The notes beneath the pieces were generated by a model, which worked only from the letters and a program-made list of their open reading frames with translations, had not been told where the DNA came from and made no database searches. Both the position numbers and the translations under genes were made by a program. A DNA stretch of 64,000 nucleotides from Eledone cirrhosa (taxonomy: Eukaryota). Shown one piece after another: positions 9,489 through 21,500 of this stretch. The stretch spans positions 290,346,001 to 290,410,000 of the forward strand of contig OZ024740.1 of assembly GCA_964016885.1 (NCBI GenBank), in the 5' to 3' direction. Every line of letters begins with the position of its first letter. Positions within the stretch are counted from its first letter, which is position 1.

Positions 9489-12400
9489 ATTATTACTGTT
9501 GTTCTTACTCTTGCTTCTGTTGATGGAGTTGTTGATGTTGTCATTGATATTGCTGTTATTACTGTTGTTGTTACTCTTGCTTCTGCTGTTGGAATTGTTG
9601 ATGTTGTCATTGATATTGCTGTTATTACTGTTGTTGTTACTCTTGCTTCTGCTGTTGGAATTGTTGATGTTGTCATTGATATTGCTGTTATTACTGTTGT
9701 TGTTACTCTTGCTTCTGCTGGTGGAGTTGTTGATGTTGTCATTGATATTGCTGTTATTGCTGTTGTTGTTACTCTTGCTTCTGTTATTGGAGTTGTTGAT
9801 GTTGTCAGTGATATTGCTGTTATTACTGTTGTTGTTACTCTTGCTTCTGTTATTGGAGTTGTTGATGTTGTCAGTGATATTGCTGTTATTACTGTTGTTG
9901 TTACTCTTGCTTCTGTTGTTGGAATTGTTGATGTTGTCATTGATATTGCTGTTATTACTGTTGTTGTTACTCTTGCTTCTGTTATTGGAGTTGTTGATGT
10001 TGTCAGTGATATTGCTGTTATTACTGTTATTGTTACTCTTGCTTCTGTTATTGGAGTTGTTGATGTTGTCATTGATATTGCTGTTATTACTGTTGTTGTT
10101 ACTCTTGCTTCTGTTATTGGAGTTGTTGATGTTGTCAGTGATATTGCTGTTATTACTGTTGTTGTTACTCTTGCTTCTGTTGTTGGAATTGTTGATGTTG
10201 TCATTGATATTGCTGTTATTACTGTTGTTGTTACTCTTGCTTCTGTTATTGGAGTTGTTGATGTTGTCATTGATATTGATGTTATTACTGTTGTTGTTAC
10301 TCTTGCTTCTGTTGTTGGAGTTGTTGATGTTGTCATTGATATTGCTGTTATTACTGTTGTTGTTACTCTTGCTTCTGTTGTTGGAGTTGTTGATGTTGTC
10401 ATTGATATTGCTGTTATTACTGTTGTTATTACTTCTAATTGTGTTGTTGGAGTTGTTGATGTTGTCATTGATATTGCTGTTATTACTGATGTTATTACTC
10501 TTGCTTCTGTGGGTGGAGTTGTTGATGTTGTCATTGATATTGCTGTTATTACTGTTGTTGTTACTCTTGCTTCTGTTGTTGGAGTTGTTGATGTTGTCAT
10601 TGATATTGCTGTTATTACTGTTGTTGTTACTCTTGCTTCTGTTGTTGGAGTTGTTGATGTTGTCATTGATATTGCTGTTATTACTGTTATTGTTACTCTT
10701 GCTTCTGTTGTTGGAGTTGTTGATGTTGTCATTGATATTGCTGTTATTACTGTTGTTGTTACTCTTGCTTCTGTTGTTGGAGTTGTTGATGTTGTCATTG
10801 ATATTGCTGTTATTACTGTTATTGTTACTCTTGCTTCTGTTGTTGGAGTTGTTGATGTTGTCATTGATATTGCTGTTATTACTGTTGTTGTTACTCTTGC
10901 TTCTGTTGTTGGAGTTGTTGATGTTGTCATTGATATTGCTGTTATTACTGTTGTTGTTACTCTTGCTTCTGTTGTTGGAGTTGTTGATGTTGTCATTGAT
11001 ATTGCTGTTATTACTGTTGTTGTTACTCTTGCTTCTGTTGTTGGAGATGTTGATGTTGTCATTGATATTGCTGTTATTACTGTTGTTATTACTTCTGATT
11101 GTGTTGTTGGAGTTGTTGATGTTGTCATTGATATTGCTGTTATTACTGATGTTATTACTCTTGCTTCTGTGGGTGGAGTTGTTGATGTTGTCATTGATAT
11201 TGCTGTTATTACTGTTGTTGTTACTCTTGCTTCTGTTGTTGGAGTTGTTGATGTTGTCATTGATATTGCTGTTATTACTGTTGTTGTTACTCTTGCTTCT
11301 GTTGTTGGAGTTGTTGATGTTGTCATTGATATTGCTGTTATTACTGTTATTGTTACTCTTGCTTCTGTTGTTGGAGTTGTTGATGTTGTCATTGATATTG
11401 CTGTTATTACTGTTGTTGTTACTCTTGCTTCTGTTGTTGGAGTTGTTGATGTAGTCATTGATATTGCTGTTATTACTGTTGTTGTTACACTTGCTTCTGT
11501 TGACGGAGTTGTTGATTTTGTTATTGAAATTGCTATTATTAATGTCGTTGTTACTCTTGCTTCTGTTGTTGGAGTTGTTGATGTTGTCATTGATATTGCT
11601 GTTATTACTGTTGTTGTTACTCTTGCTTCTGTTGTTGGAGTTGTTGATGTTGTCATTGATATTGCTGTTATTACTGTTGTTGTTACTCTTGCTTGTGCTG
11701 TTGGAGTTGTTGATGTTGTCATTGATATTGCTGTTATTACTGTTGTTGTTACACTTGCTTCTGTTGCTGGTGTTGTTGATGTTGTCATTAATATTGCTGT
11801 TATTAATGTTGTTGTTATCCTTCCTTCTGTTGATGGAGTTGTTGATTTTGTTATTGAAATTGCTATTATTAATGTCGTTGTTATCCTTCCTTCTGTTGTT
11901 GGTGTTGTTGTTGATGTCATTGATATTGCTGTTATTACTATTGTTCTTACTCTTGCTTCTGTTGTTGGAGATGTTGATGTTGTCATTGATATTGCTGTTA
12001 TTACTGTTATTGTTACTCTTGCTTCTGTTGTTGGAGTTGTTGATGTTGTCATTGATATTGCTGTTATTACTGTTGTTGTTACTCTTGCTTCTGTTGTTGG
12101 TGTTGTTGATGTTGTCATTGATATTGCTATTATTACTGTTGTTCTTACCCTTGCTTCTGTTTTTGGAATTGTTGATGTTGTCATTGATATTCCTGTTATT
12201 ACAGTTATTGTTACACTTGCTTCTGTTGTTGGTGTTGTTGATTTTGTCATTAATATTGCTGTTATTACTGTTGTTGTTACTCTAGCTTCTGTTGTTGTTG
12301 TTGTTGATTTTGTCATTGATATTGCTGTTATTACGGTTGTTCTTACTTTATCTTCTGTTGTTGGAGTTGTTGATGTTGTCATTGATACTGCTGTTATTAC

Positions 12401-12550
12401 AGTTGTTGTTACACTTGCTTCTGTTGTTGGTGTTGTTGATGTTGTCATTGATATTGCTGTTATTGCTGTTGTTGTTACTTTTGCTTCTGTTGTTGGAGTT
12501 GTTGATGTTGTCATTGATATTGTTGTTATTACTGTTGTTGTTATTCCTGC
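9389..12550 (-). CDS. Terminal open block of the mucin-like frame, reading into an antisense SINE; coding status doubtful
   Basis: 1041-aa ORF. Its last ~32 residues (VSDIGTRPVIWGEGKS...) are simply the reverse strand of the SINE at 9274-9488. Confidence 0.15.
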   Translation of the reverse strand, partial: AGITTTVITTISMTTSTTPTTEAKVTTTAITAISMTTSTTPTTEASVTTTVITAVSMTTSTTPTTEDKVRTTVITAISMTKSTTTTTEARVTTTVITAILMTKSTTPTTEASVTITVITGISMTTSTIPKTEARVRTTVIIAISMTTSTTPTTEARVTTTVITAISMTTSTTPTTEARVTITVITAISMTTSTSPTTEARVRTIVITAISMTSTTTPTTEGRITTTLIIAISITKSTTPSTEGRITTTLITAILMTTSTTPATEASVTTTVITAISMTTSTTPTAQARVTTTVITAISMTTSTTPTTEARVTTTVITAISMTTSTTPTTEARVTTTLIIAISITKSTTPSTEASVTTTVITAISMTTSTTPTTEARVTTTVITAISMTTSTTPTTEARVTITVITAISMTTSTTPTTEARVTTTVITAISMTTSTTPTTEARVTTTVITAISMTTSTTPPTEARVITSVITAISMTTSTTPTTQSEVITTVITAISMTTSTSPTTEARVTTTVITAISMTTSTTPTTEARVTTTVITAISMTTSTTPTTEARVTTTVITAISMTTSTTPTTEARVTITVITAISMTTSTTPTTEARVTTTVITAISMTTSTTPTTEARVTITVITAISMTTSTTPTTEARVTTTVITAISMTTSTTPTTEARVTTTVITAISMTTSTTPPTEARVITSVITAISMTTSTTPTTQLEVITTVITAISMTTSTTPTTEARVTTTVITAISMTTSTTPTTEARVTTTVITSISMTTSTTPITEARVTTTVITAISMTTSTIPTTEARVTTTVITAISLTTSTTPITEARVTTTVITAISMTTSTTPITEARVTITVITAISLTTSTTPITEARVTTTVITAISMTTSTIPTTEARVTTTVITAISLTTSTTPITEARVTTTVITAISLTTSTTPITEARVTTTAITAISMTTSTTPPAEARVTTTVITAISMTTSTIPTAEARVTTTVITAISMTTSTIPTAEARVTTTVITAISMTTSTTPSTEARVRTTVIIVSDIGTRPVIWGEGKSIKSKSVRDWYFILSTP

Positions 12551-15500
12551 TTCTGTTTTGGAGTTGTTGATGATGTCATCGATATTGCTGTTATTACTGT
12601 TGTTGTTACCCTTGCATCTGTTTTGGAGTTGTTGATGTTGTCATTGATATTGCTGTTATTATTGTTGTTGTTACTCTAGCTTCTGCTGTTGGAGCTGTTG
12701 ATGTTGTCAGTGATATTGCTGTTATTACTTTTGTTGTTACTCTTGCTTCTGCTGTTGGAGTTGTTGATGTTGTCATTGATATTGCTGTTATTACTGTTGT
12801 TGTTACACTTGCTTCTGTTGTTGGTGTTGTTGATCTTGTCATTGATATTGCTGTTATTAATGTTGTTGTTATCCTTCCTCCTGTTGTTGGAGTTGTTGAT
12901 GTTTTCATTGATATGCTGTTATTAATGTTGTTGTTATCCTTGCTTCTGTTGATGGTGTTGTTGATGTTGTCATTGATATTGCTGTTATTACTGTTGTTGT
13001 TACTCTTGCTTTTGCTGTTGTGGTTGATGTTGTCATTGATATTGCTGTTATTACTGATGTTATTACTCTTGCTTCTGTTGTTGGAGTTGTTGATGTTGTC
13101 ATTGATATTGCTGTTATTACTGTTGTTGTTACTCTTGCTTCTGTTGTTGGAGTTTTGATGTTGTCATTGATATTGCTGTTATTACTGATGTTATTACTCT
13201 TGCTTCTGTGGGTGGAGTTGTTGATGTTGTCATTGATATTGCTGTTATTACTGTTGTTGTTACTCTTGCTTCTGTTGTTGGAGTTGTTGATGTTGTCATT
13301 GATATTGCTGTTATTACTGATGTTATTACTCTTGCTTCTGTGGGTGGAGTTGTTGATGTTGTCATTGATATTGCTGTTATTACTGTTGTTGTTACTCTTG
13401 CTTCTGTTGTTGGAGTTGTTGATGTTGTCATTGATATTGCTGTTATTACTGATGTTATTACTCTTGCTTCTGTTGTTGGAGTTGTTGATGTTGTCATTGA
13501 TATTGCTGTTATTACTGATGTTATTACTCTTGCTTCTGTGGGTGGAGTGTTGATGTTGTCATTGATATTGTTGTTATTACTGTTGTTGTTACTTTTGCTT
13601 CTGTTGTTGGAGTTGTTGATGTTGTCATTGATATTGCTGTTATTACTGTTGTTGTTACTCTTGCTTCTGTTGTTGGAGTTGTTGATGTTGTCATTGATAT
13701 TGCTGTTATTACTGTTGTTGTTACTCTTGCTTCTGTTGTTGGAGTTGTTGATGTTGTCATTGATATTGCTGTTATTACTGATGTTATTACTCTTGCTTCT
13801 GTGGGTGGAGTTGTTGATGTTGTCATTGATATTGCTGTTATTACTGTTGTTGTTACTCTTGCTTCTGTTGTTGGAGTTGTTGATGTTGTCATTGATATTG
13901 CTGTTATTACTGATGTTAATACTCTTGCTTCTGTGGGTGGAGTTGTTGATGTTGTCATTGATATTGCTGTTATTACTGATGTTGATACTCTTGCTTCTGT
14001 TGTTGGAGTTGTTGATGTTGTCATTGATATTGCTGTTATTACTGTTGTTGTTACTCTTGCTTCTGTTGTTGGAGTTGTTGATGTTGTTATTGATATTGCT
14101 GTTATTACTGATGTTGATACTCTTGCTTCTGTTGTTGGAGTTGTTGATGTTGTCATTGATATTGCTGTTATTACTGTTGTTGTTACTCTTGCTTCTGTTG
14201 TTGGAGTTGTTGATGTTGTCATTGATATTGCTGTTATTACTGATGTTATTACTCTTGCTTCTGTGGGTGGAGTTGTTGATGTTGTCATTGATATTGCTGT
14301 TATTACTGTTGTTGTTACTCTTGCTTCTGTTGTTGGAGTTGTTGATGTTGTCATTGATATTGCTGTTATTACTGTTGTTGTTACTCTTGCTTCTGTTGCT
14401 GGTGTTGTTGATGTTGTCATTGATATTGCTGTTATTACTGATGTTATTACTCTTGCTTCTGTGGGTGGAGTTGTTGATGTTGTCATTGATATTGCTGTTA
14501 TTACTGTTGTTGTTACTCTTGCTTCTGTAGTTGGAGTTGTTGATGTTGTCATTGATATTGCTGTTTTTACTGTTGTTGTTACTCTTGCTTCTGTTGTTGG
14601 AGTTGTTGATGTTGTCATTGATAATGCTGTTATTACTGTTGTTGTTACTCTCGCTTCTGTTGTTGGAGTTGTTGATGTTGTCATTGATATTGCTGTTATT
14701 ACTGTTGTTGTTACTCTTGCTTCTGTTGTTGGAGTTGTTGATGTTGTCATTGATATTGCTATTATTACAGATGTTATTACTCTTGCTTCTGTTGTTGGAG
14801 TTGTTGATGTTGTCATTGATATTGCTGTTATTACTGTTGTTGTTAGTCTTGCTTCTGTTGTTGGAGTTGTTGATGTTGTCATTGATATTGCTGTTATTAC
14901 TGATGTTATTACTCTTGCTTCTGTGGGTGGAGTTGTTGATGTTGTCATTGATATTGCTGTTATTACTGTTGTTGTTACTCTTGCTTCTGTTGTTGGAGTT
15001 GTTGATGTTGTCATTGATATTGCTGTTATTACTGATGTTATTACTCTTGCTTCTGTTGTTGGAGTTGTTGATGTTGTCATTGATATTGCTGTTATTACTG
15101 ATGTTATTACTCTTGCTTCTGTGGGTGGAGTTGTTGATGTTGTCATTGATATTGCTGTTATTACTGTTGTTGTTACTCTTGCTTCTGTTGTTGGAGTTGT
15201 TGATGTTGTCATTGATATTGCTGTTATTACTGTTGTTATTACTTCTGATTGTGTTGTTGGAGTTGTTGATGTTGTCATTGATATTGCTGTTATTACTGTT
15301 GTTGTTACTCTTCCTTCTGCTGTTGGAGTTGTTGATGTTGTCATTGATATTGCTGTTATTACTGTTGTTGTTACACTTGCTTCTGTTGCTGGTGTTGTTG
15401 ATGTTGTCATTAATATTGCTGTTATTAATGTTGTTGTTATCCTTCCTTCTGTTGACGGAGTTGTTGATTTTGTTATTGAAATTGCTATTATTAATGTCGT

Positions 15501-18500
15501 TGTTATCCTTCCTTCTGTTGTTGGTGTTGTTGTTGATGTCATTGATATTGCTGTTATTACTATTGTTCTTACTCTTGCTTCTGTTGTTGGAGTTGTTGAT
15601 GTTGTCATTGATATTGCTGTTATTACTGTTGTTGTTACTCTTGCTTCTGTTGTTGGAGTTGTTGATGTTGTCATTGATATTGCTGTTATTACTGTTGTTG
15701 TTACTCTTGCTTCTGTTGTTGGTGTTGTTGATGTTGTCATTGATATTGCTATTATTACTGTTGTTCTTACCCTTGCTTCTGTTTTTGGAATTGTTGATGT
15801 TGTCATTGATATTCCTGTTATTACAGTTGTTGTTACACTTGCTTCTGTTGTTGGTGTTGTTGATTTTGTCATTAATATTGCTGTTATTACTGTTGTTGTT
15901 ACTCTAGCTTCTGTTGTTGTTGTTGTTGATTTTGTCATTGATATTGCTGTTATTACGGTTGTTCTTACTTTATCTTCTGTTGTTGGAGTTGTTGATGTTG
16001 TCATTGATACTGCTGTTATTACAGTTGTTGTTACACTTGCTTCTGTTGTTGGTGTTGTTGATGTTGTCATTGATATTGCTGTTATTGCTGTTGTTGTTAC
16101 TTTTGCTTCTGTTGTTGGAGTTGTTGATGTTGTCATTGATATTGTTGTTATTACTGTTGTTGTTACTCCTGCTTCTGTTTTGGAGTTGTTGATGATGTCA
16201 TCGATATTGCTGTTATTACTGTTGTTGTTACCCTTGCATCTGTTTTGGAGTTGTTGATGTTGTCATTGATATTGCTGTTATTATTGTTGTTGTTACTCTA
16301 GCTTCTGCTGTTGGAGTTGTTGATGTTGTCAGTGATATTGCTGTTATTACTTTTGTTGTTACTCTTGCTTCTGCTGTTGGAGTTGTTGATGTTGTCATTG
16401 ATATTGCTGTTATTACTGTTGTTGTTACACTTGCTTCTGTTGTTGGTGTTGTTGATCTTGTCATTGATATTGCTGTTATTAATGTTGTTGTTATCCTTCC
16501 TCCTGTTGTTGGAGTTGTTGATGTTTTCATTGATATGCTGTTATTAATGTTGTTGTTATCCTTGCTTCTGTTGATGGTGTTGTTGATGTTGTCATTGATA
16601 TTGCTGTTATTACTGTTGTTGTTACTCTTGCTTTTGCTGTTGTGGTTGATGTTGTCATTGATATTGCTGTTATTACTGATGTTATTACTCTTGCTTCTGT
16701 TGTTGGAGTTGTTGATGTTGTCATTGATATTGCTGTTATTACTGTTGTTGTTACTCTTGCTTCTGTTGTTGGAGTTTTGATGTTGTCATTGATATTGCTG
16801 TTATTACTGATGTTATTACTCTTGCTTCTGTGGGTGGAGTTGTTGATGTTGTCATTGATATTGCTGTTATTACTGTTGTTGTTACTCTTGCTTCTGTTGT
16901 TGGAGTTGTTGATGTTGTCATTGATATTGCTGTTATTACTGATGTTATTACTCTTGCTTCTGTGGGTGGAGTTGTTGATGTTGTCATTGATATTGCTGTT
17001 ATTACTGTTGTTGTTACTCTTGCTTCTGTTGTTGGAGTTGTTGATGTTGTCATTGATATTGCTGTTATTACTGATGTTATTACTCTTGCTTCTGTTGTTG
17101 GAGTTGTTGATGTTGTCATTGATATTGCTGTTATTACTGATGTTATTACTCTTGCTTCTGTGGGTGGAGTGTTGATGTTGTCATTGATATTGTTGTTATT
17201 ACTGTTGTTGTTACTTTTGCTTCTGTTGTTGGAGTTGTTGTTGTTGTCATTGATATTGCTGTTATTACTGTTGTTGTTACTCTTGCTTCTGTTGTTGGAG
17301 TTGTTGATGTTGTCATTGATATTGCTGTTATTACTGTTGTTGTTACTCTTGCTTCTGTTGTTGGAGTTGTTGATGTTGTCATTGATATTGCTGTTATTAC
17401 TGATGTTATTACTCTTGCTTCTGTGGGTGGAGTTGTTGATGTTGTCATTGATATTGCTGTTATTACTGTTGTTGTTACTCTTGCTTCTGTTGTTGGAGTT
17501 GTTGATGTTGTCATTGATATTGCTGTTATTACTGATGTTATTACTCTTGCTTCTGTTGTTGGAGTTGTTGATGTTGTCATTGATATTGCTGTTATTACTG
17601 ATGTTAATACTCTTGCTTCTGTGGGTGGAGTTGTTGATGTTGTCATTGATATTGCTGTTATTACTGTTGTTGTTACTCTTGCTTCTGTTGTTGGAGTTGT
17701 TGATGTTGTCATTGATATTGCTGTTATTACTGATGTTATTACTCTTGCTTCTGTTGTTGGAGTTGTTGATGTTGTTATTGATATTGCTGTTATTACTGAT
17801 GTTGATACTCTTGCTTCTGTGGGTGGAGTTGTTGATGTTGTCATTGATATTGCTGTTATTACTGTTGTTGTTACTCTTGCTTCTGTTGTTGGAGTTGTTG
17901 ATGTTGTCATTGATATTGCTGTTATTACTGATGTTAATACTCTTGCTTCTGTGGGTGGAGTTGTTGATGTTGTCATTGATATTGCTGTTATTACTGTTGT
18001 TGTTACTCTTGCTTCTGTTGTTGGAGTTGTTGATGTTGTCATTGATATTGCTGTTATTACTGATGTTATTACTCTTGCTTCTGTTGTTGGAGTTGTTGAT
18101 GTTGTTATTGATATTGCTGTTATTACTGATGTTGATACTCTTGCTTCTGTGGGTGGAGTTGTTGATGTTGTCATTGATATTGCTGTTATTACTGTTGTTG
18201 TTACTCTTGCTTCTGTTGTTGGAGTTGTTGATGTTGTCATTGATATTGCTGTTATTACTGATGTTATTACTCTTGCTTCTGTGGGTGGAGTTGTTGATGT
18301 TGTCATTGATATTGCTGTTATTACTGTTGTTGTTACTCTTGCTTCTGTTGTTGGAGTTGTTGATGTTGTCATTGATATTGCTGTTATTACTGTTGTTGTT
18401 ACTCTTGCTTCTGTTGCTGGTGTTGTTGATGTTGTCATTGATATTGCTGTTATTACTGATGTTATTACTCTTGCTTCTGTGGGTGGAGTTGTTGATGTTG

Positions 18501-21500
18501 TCATTGATATTGCTGTTATTACTGTTGTTGTTACTCTTGCTTCTGTAGTTGGAGTTGTTGATGTTGTCATTGATATTGCTGTTTTTACTGTTGTTGTTAC
18601 TCTTGCTTCTGTGGTTGGAGTTGTTGATGTTGTCATTGATAATGCTGTTATTACTGTTGTTGTTACTCTCGCTTCTGTTGTTGGAGTTGTTGATGTTGTC
18701 ATTGATATTGCTGTTATTACTGTTGTTGTTACTCTTGCTTCTGTTGTTGGAGTTGTTGATGTTGTCATTGATATTAACTATTATTACAGATGTTATTACT
18801 CTTGCTTCTGTGGGTGGAGTTGTTGATGTTGTCATTGATATTGCTGTTATTACTGTTGTTGTTACTCTTGCTTCTGTTGTTGGAGTTGTTGATGTTGTCA
18901 TTGATATTGCTGTTATTACTGATGTTATTACTCTTGCTTCTGTTGTTGGAGTTGTTGATGTTGTCATTGATATTGCTGTTATTACTGATGTTATTACTCT
19001 TGCTTCTGTGGGTGGAGTTGTTGATGTTGTCATTGATATTGCTGTTATTACTGTTGTTGTTACTCTTGCTTCTGTTGTTGGAGTTGTTGATGTTGTCATT
19101 GATATTGCTGTTATTACTGTTGTTATTACTTCTGATTGTGTTGTTGGAGTTGTTGATGTTGTCATTGATATTGCTGTTATTACTGTTGTTGTTACTCTTC
19201 CTTCTGCTGTTGGAGTTGTTGATGTTGTCATTGATATTGCTGTTATTACTGTTGTTGTTACACTTGCTTCTGTTGCTGGTGTTGTTGATGTTGTCATTAA
19301 TATTGCTGTTATTAATGTTGTTGTTATCCTTCCTTCTGTTGACGGAGTTGTTGATTTTGTTATTGAAATTGCTATTATTAATGTCGTTGTTATCCTTCCT
19401 TCTGTTGTTGGTGTTGTTGTTGATGTCATTGATATTGCTGTTATTACTATTGTTCTTACTCTTGCTTCTGTTGTTGGAGTTGTTGATGTTGTCATTGATA
19501 TTGCTGTTATTACTGTTGTTGTTACTCTTGCTTCTGTTGTTGGAGTTGTTGATGTTGTCATTGATATTGCTGTTATTACTGTTGTTGTTACTCTTGCTTC
19601 TGTTGTTGGAGTTGTTGATGTTGTCATTGATATTGCTGATATTACTGTTGTTGTTACTCTTGCTTCTTTTGTTGGAGTTGTTGATGTTGTCATTGATATT
19701 GCTGTTATTACTGATGTTATTACTCTTGCTTCTGTTGTTGGAGTTGTTGATGTTGTCATTGATATTGCAGTTATTACTGTTGTTGTTACTCTTACTTCTG
19801 TTGTTGGAGTTGTTGATGTTGTCATTGATATTGCTGTTATTACTGTTGTTGTACTCTAACTTCTGTTGTTGGAGTTGTTGATGTTGTCATTGATATTGCT
19901 GTTATTACTGTTGTTGTACTCTAACTTCTGTTGTTGGAGTTGTTGATGTTGTCATTCATATTGCTGTTATTACTGTTGTTGTTACTCCTGCTTCTGTTGT
20001 TGGAGTTGTTGATTTTGTCATTGATATTGCTGTTATTACTGTTGTTGTACTCTTACTTCTGTTGTTGGAGTTATTGATGTTGTCATTGATATTGCTTTTA
20101 TTAATGTTGTTGTTATCCTTCCTTCTGTTGTTGGAGTTGTTGATGTCATTGATATTGATGTTATTACTGTTGTTGTTACTCTTGCTTCTGTTGTTGGACT
20201 TGTTGATGTTGTCATTGTTATTGCTGTTATTACTGTTGTTATTACTTCTGATTGTGTTGTTGGAGTTATTGATGTTGTCATTGATATTGCTGTTATTACT
20301 GGTGTTGTTACTCTTGCTTCTGTTGTTGGAGATTTTGATGTTGTCATTGATATTGCTGTTATTACTGTTATTGTTACTCTTACTTCTGCTGTTGGAGTTG
20401 TTGATGTTGTCATTGATATTGCTGTTATTACTGTTGTTGTTACTCTTGCTTCTGTTGTTGGAGATTTTGATGTTGTCATTGATATTGATGTTATTACTGT
20501 TGTTGTTACTCTTGCATCTGTTTTGGAGTTGTTGATGTTGTCATTGATATTGCTGTTATTATTGTTGTTGTTACTCTAGCTTCTGCTGTTGGAGTTGTTG
20601 ATGTTGTCAGTGATATTGCTGATATTACTGTTGTTGTTACTCTTGCTTCTGTTGTTGTAGTTGTTGATGTTGTCATTGATATTGCTGTTATTACTGTTGT
20701 TCTTACTCTTGCTTCTGTTGTTGGAGTTGTTGATGTTGTCATTGATATTGCTGTTATTACTGTTGTTGTTACACTTGCTTCTATTGTTGGTGTTGTTGAT
20801 GTTGTCATTGATATTGCTGTTATTGCTGTTGTTGTTACTTTTGCTTCTGTTGTTGGAGTTGTTGATGTTGTCATTGATATTGCTGTTATTACTGTTGTTC
20901 TTACTCTTGCTTCTGTTGTTGGAGTTGTTGATGTTGTCATTGATATTGCTGTTATTACTGTTGTTCTTACTCTTGCTTCTGTTGTTGGAGTTGTTGATGT
21001 TGTCATTGATATTGCTGTTATTACTGTTGTTCTTACTCTTGCTTCTGTTGTTGGAGTTGTTGATGTTGTCATTGATATTGCTGTTATTACTTTTGTTGTT
21101 ACTCTTGCTTCTGCTGTTGGAGTTGTTGATGTTGTCATTGATATTGCTGTTATTACTGTTGTTCTTACTCTTGCTTCTGTTGTTGGAGTTGTTGATGTTG
21201 TCATTGATATTGCTGTTATTACTGTTGTTGTTACACTTGCTTCTATTGTTGGTGTTGTTGATGTTGTCATTGATATTGCTGTTATTGCTGTTGTTGTTAC
21301 TTTTGCTTCTGTTGTTGGAGTTGTTGATGTTGTCATTGATATTGTTGTTATTACTGTTGTTGTTACTCCTGCTTCTGTTTTGGAGTTGTTGATGATGTCA
21401 TTGATATTGCTGTTATTACTGTTGTTGTTACTCTTGCATCTGTTTTGGAGTTGTTGATGTTGTCATTGATATTGCTGTTATTATTGTTGTTGTTACTCTA

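Noticed and set aside
9503-9509. Minus-strand splice donor GTAAGA at the array edge, and splicing as a way around the frameshifts
   Set aside because: The same CTTAC variant occurs in many units, and the A-rich minus strand lacks polypyrimidine acceptors.
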